Positions 25,847 to 36,246 of a stretch of DNA of 64,000 nucleotides are shown here, piece by piece. Position numbers and translations under genes: made by a program. The stretch lies in the NCBI RefSeq assembly GCF_006345805.1, contig NC_043005.1:17608001-17672000 (forward strand). Reading direction: 5' to 3'. This DNA is from Octopus sinensis. Its lineage: Eukaryota. The notes beneath the pieces are model-generated. The model was not told the DNA's origin and did not search any database. It saw only the letters and a list, made by a program, of their open reading frames with translations. Every line of letters starts with the position of its first letter. Within the stretch, counting starts at the first letter, position 1.

Positions 25847-26064
25847 TATGAGGAGGTGCTGGAAAGTTCCTGGCTTTGGGTTAAAAAAAAAAACAGTAGG
25901 TACAGTTAATTTCGATTTTATTCAATATACTCCCCTTTCAGATTCTCATACTGCAGTGGTCGTTCAAGTTTTCTAAGCCCCATGAAATAACTCAGAAGGT
26001 TGAACCTCTAACCAGACCTTTTGTGATACCCTTAAAGCCAGGAATTTTTCAGCACTCCCTTGTA
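25847..26064 (-). mobile_element. Second copy of the mariner-derived MITE, inverted
   Basis: Same TIRs; interior is the reverse complement of 17141-17363. Confidence 0.8.
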
Positions 26065-26799
26065 GTCAAAGAGTTGTTGGTAGCTGGAGTTTAGAAGAAG
26101 CAGATGTATTTGAGAGCAGGAAAGGAGACATTTGAGCTAGAGTAACAGGAAATCTTTGCTCTTAATATCCAGGCATGAGAGGTGGTGTTGGAGAGAATGG
26201 AATCTATACTTGGACAGCATAAATGAATAGACAAGAGATATGTGGTTAGCAACTCATTAAGGCACGGGTTCTAGATTGGCATGGAATTGAGGGTTATCAG
26301 AAGAGGAAGAATTGCCCAGAAGGTTTGATATCTAGAGGATTGTCAAGGGGACATTGTAATCTTAAGGTTACAAAAAACCCCAGCTAAGAATCTGATCAAA
26401 TATTTGCAAAACAGCAAACTTTGCTATCAATACCCATGGGCCTGGAGATGGAGTTAAACTAGACAATGCAATGGGCCTACCCACTCAGCTCACAAAGAAA
26501 AGGGCAGCATTTGTACAATACACAACATGGACACTACCATAATTAATTTCATGAGCGCTATCATCATCACTGTTTCATATTACATTGAGGCAGAATTTTC
26601 TATAGCCGATTGCCCTCTGTATTTCCAACCCTCACATGCTTCTGGATGTCCTGGGACATTTCTTGAAAACCAGCTACCAAAACCCACAAAAAAAAGTGAC
26701 ACAAAAATATGCATTATCCATGCGTTTTACTTTATTCATTCCTCCATCAGAGAGCCAGAAGGAAACCTAAAATCTCAAAAACTACAGAGTGAAACAAAA

Positions 26800-27950
26800 C
26801 AGTAAAACACCTAGGGCCTGAAAGAATCACTACTGTTGTTACATTACCAACTTGCTTTTTCAATACTGTGAAATTCTCAACATATGAAAGCCAAGCAAAA
26901 GATCAAACTCATTCTAAAGCTCAACAAAAACTCAAGCGAAATAATATTCATTCAGACTCATTGCCCACCTATGTTCCCTCACCATATGCAGATGACATTA
27001 CACTCACATCCTCCCAACACTCTACAGACACTGCTGTGTAATTACTCCAACCCTGCTTAAGTCACCAAGAAACCTGGTTCCAAAACAACAGACTTAAGGC
27101 AGTATCTACTTCTCTTCTTCCCAGCAGTACTAGAGAATATCAAATACAATCACCCATCACACACCACATATATAAAAGACAAAAATACTTGCAAGTTAGC
27201 TACAATATTTCTACAGCCTTCACATTGTAAAGCAAGTAATACAATGTATAAACCTACTTAGAGCCATAACAGGTACCTCATTTGGTCATCGGAAAAAAAT
27301 AGCAATAATGGCATGCATTCTAACCATATTAGACTCTACTCGTCTTATCTAAGCCGCCAATCTTTCCATATCAAACTATAATGAATCCCAAAGTATACAA
27401 AAACATACATTAAACATCACAGCCACAAACCACCTTCACAGTAAAACATAAGATACTAAAAATGGGAAACCTCCAGGACATGCGAAGAACAGTTTATTGC
27501 AGTAGCAAGCTTAAATTTTCAGAGTCCCTACCACTATATGAAAAGTCACCTCCAAACAACAGCAGCATTATACTTCATCCTAGATCACTACCTCAACAAC
27601 ATCCCAAAGGCTATCTCCCATTAAGCCCAGATAGACATAAAAAAATACACATATACCAGAAATAGCTGCAAACTGTGGTGGGAAGCGTATGACCAACAAT
27701 AAGTGCTGAGAAACATCAACTGCTGCACTCTGACTAAGTCCACCATAAGAGCTTTGGCTGTGGCCACCATAAAAATCTATGCAGAGAAATAGACTAGTCA
27801 ATGGAGACAGTACAACAAGTCCAGGCAGTCACACTGCAGCTATATATAATTTATCATTGCAAGTTGAATTGAGCAGAATGGTTCTCAATTAGGCAGAGAC
27901 ATAACTGAAGATGGACATTTTGTCATTCAGCTGACTACCTACAAGACATA
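26800..27950 (+). pseudogene. Old LINE reverse transcriptase relic (I/Jockey/Nimb group)
   Basis: YADDITLTSS near 26985, ETWFQNNRL and LLRAITGTSFG; many stops and frameshifts. Confidence 0.6.
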
Positions 27951-28299
27951 GGACTGCTCACCTGTGGCAACACAGCACAAAATTAAAGTCTAATATTCCA
28001 TCTTCAACAAAGTTCCTATAAACGGAGATAAATCATCAAAAATCCAGAATATATTTCTTGTTTGCAGACAATTTGATCAGAAGACCTAATTAAGAAATCT
28101 CCGTGAACAAAATCTGTGTGTACAGCACGTATAAAACCTGATTTCAGTATCACCACAGAAAGTATACAAAAGAATTACAGTACTGAAACGTATAAAACAG
28201 CGATAGCACATATAGCGATAAAACAGCACATATAAACAAAACTTCACTACTTTGGCAATATAAAACCTTGTAAAACAGAAATACAGTACAACTGATGTA

Positions 28300-28495
28300 T
28301 CACTAAAACTTGAGAACTATCCAACCGATTTCATTCAAATGTTACACACACACTACTTGTGGTCCATGGAGAGTCATGGGCCAAAACAATTTTCAACTTC
28401 TTGCTTAATGCGAGCCCTTAGACTGTTTCCGTATTATGTGTCAAAAGTGAAACAATAACATCTCTATTGTAATGTGAGATAATAGTTTCACTAGG
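28300..28495 (+). mobile_element. Partial second copy of the Helitron-like element
   Basis: Colinear with 5008-5215 (ctaaaacttgagaacta, tttcattcaaat, gcgagccc, aaaagtgaaacaa). Confidence 0.65.
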
Positions 28496-28544
28496 TATAT
28501 GATATATGCATAGTGAAACTATTAAAAGTGATATACACACACAC

Positions 28545-28840
28545 TATAGCCCCAGGTCCACCAAAGCCTTGCGAGTGGATTTCATACATGGAGACTGAAA
28601 GAAGACTGTCGTATGTGTGTGTGTGTGTGTGTGTGTGTACCCCCAGTAGATTCAGTAGACAGGAACATCAGCTTGACAACTGATGTTGCTGTGTTTACGT
28701 CCCTTTAACTTAGCCGCTTGGCAAAACACACCGATAGAATAAGAACTAGGCTTGCAAAGAATAAATCCTGGGGTCAATATCTTTGACCAAAGGCAGTACT
28801 CCAGCATGGCTGCAGGCACATGAGCAAAACAAGCAAAACA
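28545..28840 (+). mobile_element. SINE family B, 5' truncated
   Basis: ctatagcccc, ccaaagccttgcgagtggattt and ccagcatggctgcag segments. Confidence 0.8.
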
Positions 28841-28928
28841 ATAAAAAAACTATGCCATTTTAATCCTAAGTAACACTGGGTATCTCTGCTAGTGTGTGTG
28901 TATGTGTGTATATATATATATATATATA

Positions 28929-29149
28929 CTTTATTTAAAAGCAGCAGAAATTCAACAAAACCTGTTACTCGGAGTTTCACGTTCCCGTTCGTCGGGCAGT
29001 TTTAACAAAACTGTCTGACGAACGGGAACGTGAAACTCCGAGTAACAGGTTTTGTTGAATTTCTGCTGCTTTTAAATAAAGCATATTACTCTACCCCTGG
29101 TATTTGAGCACTCTTTTTTCCACCTTGTTTCACATTTATGTGTTACTCC

Positions 29150-29151
<2 letters not shown>
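28929..29151 (+). mobile_element. Penelope-like pseudo-LTR fragment with an inverted 5' duplication, inside (TA)n
   Basis: 75-bp arms 28929-29003 and 29007-29081; hammerhead core; AATAAA at 29075-29080 and a 70-nt tail; TA repeats on both flanks. Confidence 0.72.
29004..29056 (+). ncRNA. Minimal type-I hammerhead ribozyme motif
   Basis: Stem I ctgt/acag (extendable); CUGACGA 29015-29021; stem II acg-GGAA-cgu; GAAA 29032-29035; stem III ACUC-C-GAGU; predicted cleavage after GUA at 29044. Confidence 0.8.
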
Positions 29152-29228
<77 letters not shown>

Positions 29229-29395
29229 GTGAGAATTTACAAAAAAAAATACAAAAGACGAGTGTGTAAACAACAAACAGATGTATTAATTTTAACGCTC
29301 GGGAAGTGAGAAAGTCTTACATTTCGACCCTACACTCTTCAACAGAAAGGAACACAGAAATAAACAGGGAGAGAAAATAGAAGAAATAGAAAAAT
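29229..29395 (-). mobile_element. Possible second Penelope-like pLTR fragment with a degenerate hammerhead-like core
   Basis: Minus strand ctgUUGAAGAgtgtagggtcGAAAtGUAagac (29311-29350); abuts a (TA)n tract. Confidence 0.4.
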
Positions 29396-30006
29396 TACGG
29401 GAACATAAACACACCAGCATTAGTTGTCAAGCTATGGTGGGGGTACAAACACACACATACACACAACAGTCTTCTTTCAGTTTCCATATACAAAATCCAC
29501 TCACAAGGCTTTAATAGGGCCTGAGGCTATAGTGTGTATGTGTGTATATATATATATATATATGAACATAATATTACAGTACTATCATGATTACATGGAC
29601 TACTGCAGCATATATAATACATCACTACAGTACTGCTGCAGCATAACTACAGTCAGAGAGAAGCCAACATTACTTGGTTGCAAGCACTGTGCCTTCACTA
29701 ATTGTTTTAAGTATTTATGTAGTCACAAGCAGACAGACACTGAAGAGGGAGAGCACTGCACCAGCACATGGAAGGTACTCATTTCAGGATGAGTAAACTG
29801 AAGAAATATATAAAATGAACTGCTTTTGCTGAAAGATACACAATGCAAACTGTTCCAAGAATCAAACTTAAGACCTTAAGATTGTGAGCTCAACACCGAC
29901 CATTGGGCTATGTGTCTTCACTCGTGACTACATTACAGTTGCAGCATATATAAGACAGAACTACAGTGCTACTGTAGTATAAAACAAATAGAAATTAAGG
30001 ACTTAC

Positions 30007-30169
30007 CTCCTATCGTACTCTCTTGATACTCATGAAACTGCCCTTTTACAAAGCGCAAAACCAAACTTGACTTGCCCACGGCTGACTCCCCAAGGAGAAC
30101 TAATTTAAACTGACATATTTTGCCTTGTGTGGCACCATTTGGGCGTTGGGCTGCTCCTCTGTTGGCCAT
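30007..30169 (-). CDS. Rab5: Rab5 GTPase, first coding exon (163 nt, [54 protein letters not shown])
   Basis: G1 P-loop GESAVGKS and Rab5 effector loop QESTIG; ATG at 30169-30167; donor G|GTAAGT at 30006-30001 (phase 1). Confidence 0.97.
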
Positions 30170-30202
30170 CTTTTCAAAGAATCCTCAGTTGTAACAAGCA
30201 AT
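30170..30202 (-). other. Rab5: 5'UTR part of the Rab5 ATG exon
   Basis: U-rich tract ending in TAG acceptor at 30204-30203, 33 nt upstream of the ATG; implies a further upstream non-coding exon. Confidence 0.7.
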
Positions 30203-30444
30203 CTAAAAAATATCAAAAAGAAGAAAAAAACAATTAAAAAACAAACAAAAAAATGTTACATTTGCAAAACCTCTACAACATGATATTCCAAAAGATATTG
30301 GATGTGAAACTTAAAAGATGATCAAGATATTATTCTGAAAATCATAAATGTAGCATGCACAACTTTCCAAGCTTCATAGAGTTGCTGATTATTAGTAAAA
30401 AAGAATAAGATCATCATAATAAGCAACTCTTGTTCCTTATACAG

Positions 30445-30610
30445 TTGCTTGACCTCCTAGAAACAGCAGCCAAATCTCACTCAATACTTTACTGTCTGAA
30501 TAAAAGGGCACAAAATAGGCAATATTGTCACTGATACAATAAAAAAAAAAATAACATGATGGTCATGACAAACACTTTTGATCACAGCTTATCTAGGGAC
30601 TTAAGCAACA
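30445..30610 (+). repeat. Unclassified interspersed repeat, family D
   Basis: Motif ctagaaa.agcagccaaatct...atggtcatg...ttttgatca recurs, diverged, at ~300-425, 21615-21665, 22355-22520, 30895-30990, 31380-31570 and 39790-39980. Confidence 0.55.
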
Positions 30611-32929
30611 ACTGTTTTTTTACCATTTTAGGTAAGATAGAAAGATTTCAGTGCAGGTAACCCACAGATTTCAGGATGTTATGATGAATACAATGGTGAC
30701 AACTGATTTCTGAAGGAATACACTGTAGTGGTTTGTTTACTCCACATATACTAAGTGAATTTTAACTCTGTTATGAAAACTTATTAAACTCAGTTATAAT
30801 GTCCCCATCACTAACAACAGTGATCTAACCTATTTAGGATACCCACCTGACCTACAAATAGACAAGACAACCTGATGAGAGAGTATACGGTCATTCAATC
30901 TGCAAGAAAGAGCTGCCAAATCACATGCTACCACTTCAAAAAGGAAAGGACAAACCACTTTGTGTAGTCCATAATATACAAAATAGCTGAACAACAAAAT
31001 TTGTAAACAGGGACTGAGTCAGTGCCATGCAAAATATGAACTGGCATTTGAATATTCTAACTCAGGTTTGTTTAGTTAATAGCACCTCACCATCAAAGAA
31101 TATGTCATTCATTTTGAAGCCATACAAATTTAACCAGTCAAACATTTCAGATTCCAAAGTGATTATTGAAAGTAGTTACACATCCTTCTAAATGAACTCA
31201 AGAGGGTTAACAACACAAGTGTGTAATTAACCTGGTATAAGCAGCTACAGCAGGAGAGAAATCTGATCTGTAAATGACCTGAACAAACCATGTACGCAAG
31301 TTATTTTCTACTAGACAGAAACATGTTATGACAAGTGAGCATAAAAAACCATACCAGTAGTGGGAACTTCTATAGTCACTGAGCCTGCTAAAAGCAGGTA
31401 CTAAATCTCCCTCATACAACATCTTACCAAATTAGAGGGAAAAGAAAAGACACATGGATGCATTAGATTTTGTAGCCCAAAATATGCAATCCTAACAAAA
31501 AGGAAAATGGGGACGGTCAGTTGAACTGCCTCTGCTCACTGGTCTGCAGACCCACAAAGACTTGAATCAAGAACTGCCTAAGTTTGGTTTGCTAAAACTC
31601 TTGTTGTCTACCAAGGACAAAGACTACAATCCTGTGTGAATCTCTCAGTCTGATATTAACTACCATATATACTTGCACAAGACAACTCCCAAATTTTCAA
31701 GTTAAAATGTAATTTGGGGTCAGACCCACTATGTAGAAAAATGTACAAATTTTTCAAGTCACAATCAAGATTTTAGTTCAATGTCAACAAATGACACAGA
31801 AAAACTGCTGTATTCTGTGTCTTTACATTTCAAGATCAAACCTTGCTGAAATCGTGCTTTCCATTCCTCTGGGGTTGATAAAAGGCAGTATTAGTCAAAT
31901 ACTGGAGTTGATTTAGTTAACTTACACCTTCCTCTGAAAATTGCTGGCCTTGTACCTAAATTAGCATCAGTTATTTCTTGTGACTGCATAACCATTTTGA
32001 TGGACATTATTTTCAAGTAATGGTTGGTCTGTGACACCTATTCTTAATACGTATTTTCTCCTTGGCATGTTCTTTAAATGTGTCATAATTTCTGCCACAA
32101 CATATGTTCCACCAGCATAGTTACATTCATGGGCAAAGTTTACTGTTTTCAATCTGCTTTGTATATTACCCTCCTTTAACCAGTAGGGCCACGACGGGAT
32201 CTTGTGATAGCTGGATTCTCTTGTAACCAAGAGAAAGTTCACACTTCCACATGTGCCCATCATTAAATAAGACTTATTGGGGAGCCTGAAATTAGCAACC
32301 TTATTCATGGATGGCAGGTTAATGAAACTAACAATGACTACCTGGTAGGCTAAACTACCATCACTAGTCTATACAACTGACTAAATATTCATCCTGAATG
32401 CAATGAAATGGTAGAGTACTCTTGTCAAGTAGTGTGAGTGGAATACATCCATTGCTAGTGGTTGTTTTGTTTACAGTCCGTTCACTTAACTTTTGTAAAA
32501 AGGCAACATCATGATGAGTATGGATTTCACTTGACACAAATATTCATTTTATTGTCACACAATCATACCACATTATATAACATACTTTTATTATACACTT
32601 CAATTTATTATATAAAGTATGAATTAAGTTGTTTGTGTATAAAATATCTATGTTAACTGTTATGAAAGCAGGAGTTAGCCTACTGTCAGCCATCAACCCA
32701 AGATAACACTGAATCACAGGAGTTAAGGTCCACATTTTATATCTTAAGTATAAGAATGCTATAATATTTTTAGGTTATAAATGTCATATCATCATCATCA
32801 TTGTTTAACAGCCATCTTCCATGCTGGCATGGGTTGGATATATCGACAGAAACCTATAACAGAATACTAACATGAACAATCTGGAAATAAACACCAATTT
32901 TGCTAAATAACATTAAATACAAACGCACA

Positions 32930-33846
32930 CATGCAAAATGTTCCAGCCTTTGAAATGTCATCCTTGCTGTATGTGGCCAAGCATTAATCTGATGGAAGAA
33001 CACCTTTCGTCTTGAAGCCAAAGATGGTCATTTTCACACAGTAGATCTCCTTTGTTATCATTTGGTTAGCGTTTAAAAATTCAAATTCAATTAAACCTCT
33101 CATATCCCAAACATAACACCTTACATGGGTAAAGAACGTCTTTAACCTGGGGCTGACAGTGTTTCTCCTTTCCCTACCCACTGTCTTTGGTGCTGGACAT
33201 TTTTACAGAGAACCCATTTCTCGTAACCAGTCACTATTCAGTCCAAAAAAGGTCCATTTGTGAGACGTGACAACAAAGTGCACACATTCACTCTCTGCAC
33301 ATAATTAGAATTGGAAAGTTTGTGAGGAACCTATTGATACAATTTCCTGACTTTTCTGATGGCACGCAGGTGTTGATGAATGGCGGAATGACCAAATACA
33401 AGCTTTTCTGCTAGTTCCTCAATAGTTACAATGGGATTTTGTTCCACCAGGGTTTGCAGGACATCCTCATTGAGCGCTACAGATCTTCCATGATGAAGCT
33501 CATCTTCTAGGCTGTAGTGTCTGGCTCGGAATTTCTGAAATCACTGTTTACACTGGCTTAGGCTTATTGTCTGATCCCGATATACTGCGTTAATATTCCT
33601 CTTGCACTTTTTGTTGCATAGTTGCCTTCACTGAACCCATAAAGCAAAATATGCTGAAAATGCTCCTTTGTCACTTCCATTACAGCTTTGAAAAAGTAAC
33701 TGTTAAAAATCGAACTACATTCTTCAAAACTTGCACTAAGAATAAGGACAAGGTAAAATTACTATCTGCTCTTAAACCAATTGCAAGATCTGACTTTTAG
33801 ATCTTGCAATTGAAAAAAACCGCATTATTTATGGAATGACCCAATA
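32930..33846 (-). pseudogene. Decayed mariner transposase with 5' TIR
   Basis: Minus-strand PFLD*IVTGYEKWVL, VWDMRGLIEFEFL and FFHQ..NA.PHTAR; TIR-like tattgggtcattccataaaataatgcgg at 33846-33820. Confidence 0.82.
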
Positions 33847-34716
33847 TAATGAACTGTTTAGCCCTCACTGAATAACCCTATTTTTCCAGGACTATACTGT
33901 CTGTATAACACCCCCCACTCTTGTTATTACTATAGCAGCTTTTGTTCCCTGAACTAAGAAGCAGTGTACCACTCCGACACCACCCACTTCACCTCTCAAA
34001 ATCCTGGAAAGATTTTGTCTATATCTTTCATTGATCTTCATCAGACTGGGAAGGTCTACAAAAGGTTGTGGGTGATGTCACTTTCCTCACATTAAATCAT
34101 ACACATTTTTTCATTAGATCAGACTGAGCACGAAACATACATAACAAAACAATGAATGATCTCATTTGGAATTCCAGCCTACAAGTTAAATGTCACTTAC
34201 TCACAAATTCAGAAAGAGGCAAGGTTTCTTTTTCTACTTTTTATTTTTTTTCATATTTGTTTTTGTTTACCACCACTCAACAATAGAGGCTGCTCGGCAC
34301 TGATTATATAACATTTTACAGATGGTTGATTTGGTAAAAAAAATTGGTGTATCTAGATAATCTTTAGAAGACTCAAGAGAATCTGATTAAAATTTTTTAG
34401 CTTATATAGTTGTGAAGTTTTGACCCTTCCATTAACTGTTCAGTTCTGTTGCTTTTGTGGAATTTAGTTAAAGTTGTCATTATTAAGCTGGTGTTTGGAA
34501 CATAAATTAGCATGGAAAGATTTTAATTTAAATCACTTTAAAACAATTAGTTGTATCATCAAACCAAGAGTAGATTTGGGTAAGCTGATAACAAAAAGGG
34601 TAAGAAAGTTAAAGTGTTGAAAGCAAGATTTAACACAGTCGGAAAGAAGGGTCTGACTGTATCTCTTACTCTTCTTGTTTATTTCTTTGATAAAATTTAG
34701 AGCAAGACCTTCAAGA

Positions 34717-34749
<33 letters not shown>

Positions 34750-35104
34750 ACTATGTTTTATCTATTCAGAACAGATAAGATATAATTAGCAGTAGTCATG
34801 AACAGGGGTTGATTCAATTGACTTTATGCCTCATATAAAATGTAACAGGCTTGTGTCAATCATTGCTGCTACTGCTGTAAAGAGTTAGTCAATTCAAATT
34901 CAGTTGTGAACTCTACCTTAACAGGTATAAATAAAAGAACATAAACAAGTAGTAGCTGACCCAGCCAGCCTTACCCACTTCAACAATAAGCAATCAAGAA
35001 GTGAACAGGTGTTAAAAATAAAGAAACAACTATGTGGACCATATTACATAGCAGATATCAATGACTCTAGAAAAACTATTCTATGGTGTGTGTATGTGTA
35101 TGTG

Positions 35105-35141
<37 letters not shown>

Positions 35142-35644
35142 CTATTCCAACCTCAGCTGTTCCAAAAGAAACAACCTACAACTGAAAGAAAAAAGTTTCA
35201 GCTAAACTATAAATGCGTGTGTGTATGTGTATGAAGGTGTGCAATTATGTAACACTCTATAATATATAGTTTCACTTAGGTAACCAAGTGGAGACTAACC
35301 TCAACCCACTGAGGATTACAAGTATCCAGTGCCATACACAGGGGGGTAAAAATGCTGCCGATTTTTAACTAAATAGTTACTGCTCATATGAGTCTGCATG
35401 TGTTACAGACAAGCATTAATCTAGGACATGAAAGAGAATGAGTTACCACAAGAGTTGAATCTCGCATTTATTGTATAACTAGGTAAATTGCATTACTGAT
35501 TACCACCATAGAGATCTTGCTATTCTATTCTGTCAAGTCTATGCTGTATACTTATACTTATATATATATATATGCCTTTAAAGGCATTTTTTGATATGCT
35601 CGCCATTGATAAAATTTTTTTCCCGAAAAAAATTTTATCCTATA

Positions 35645-35675
<31 letters not shown>

Positions 35676-35869
35676 CTATCTCACCACATACCACATTAGA
35701 TCACAGGTAATTCTATAGTCACTTAATGCCAAGCAAGTGTACCACAGTTGCCCAAATTCAATGGATATGGGATGTGAGCTGACTAGGAGGGGAACCTGCT
35801 CTTTTAGTCCTAGATTAGAGACAGCAAACGCTTCATATACATTTATATCTGAACCAAGTATGTATAGGG

Positions 35870-36246
35870 TGTGCATGTTCCCTATCACATGGTTCTGGGT
35901 TCAGTCCCACTGTGTGACATCTTGGGCAAAATCTTTTACAATAGCTTTGACTTGACCAAAGCCTTGTGAGTGAATTTTGGTAGATGAAAACTGAAAGAAA
36001 CCCATCATGTGTGTGTGTGTGTGTGTGTGGTGTGTGTGTGTGTGTGTGTGTGTCCGCCCCACCACTTGTCAACTGGCATTGGTGTGTTTATGTCCCTGAA
36101 ACTTTGTGGTCCAGTAAAAGTGACCAATAGAATAAGTATTAGGCTTTAAGAAAAAAAAGTACTGGGATTGATTCATTCAACTAAAATTCTCCAAGGCAGT
36201 GCCCCAGCATGGCCACAGTCTAATGACTGAACCATATGAAAGATAA
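35870..36246 (+). mobile_element. SINE family B, older subfamily
   Basis: cacatggttctgggttcagtcccact ... ccagcatggccacagtctaatgactgaaac. Confidence 0.8.

Noticed and set aside
31967-32308. 113-aa ORF
   Set aside because: No recognisable domain or convincing splice context.
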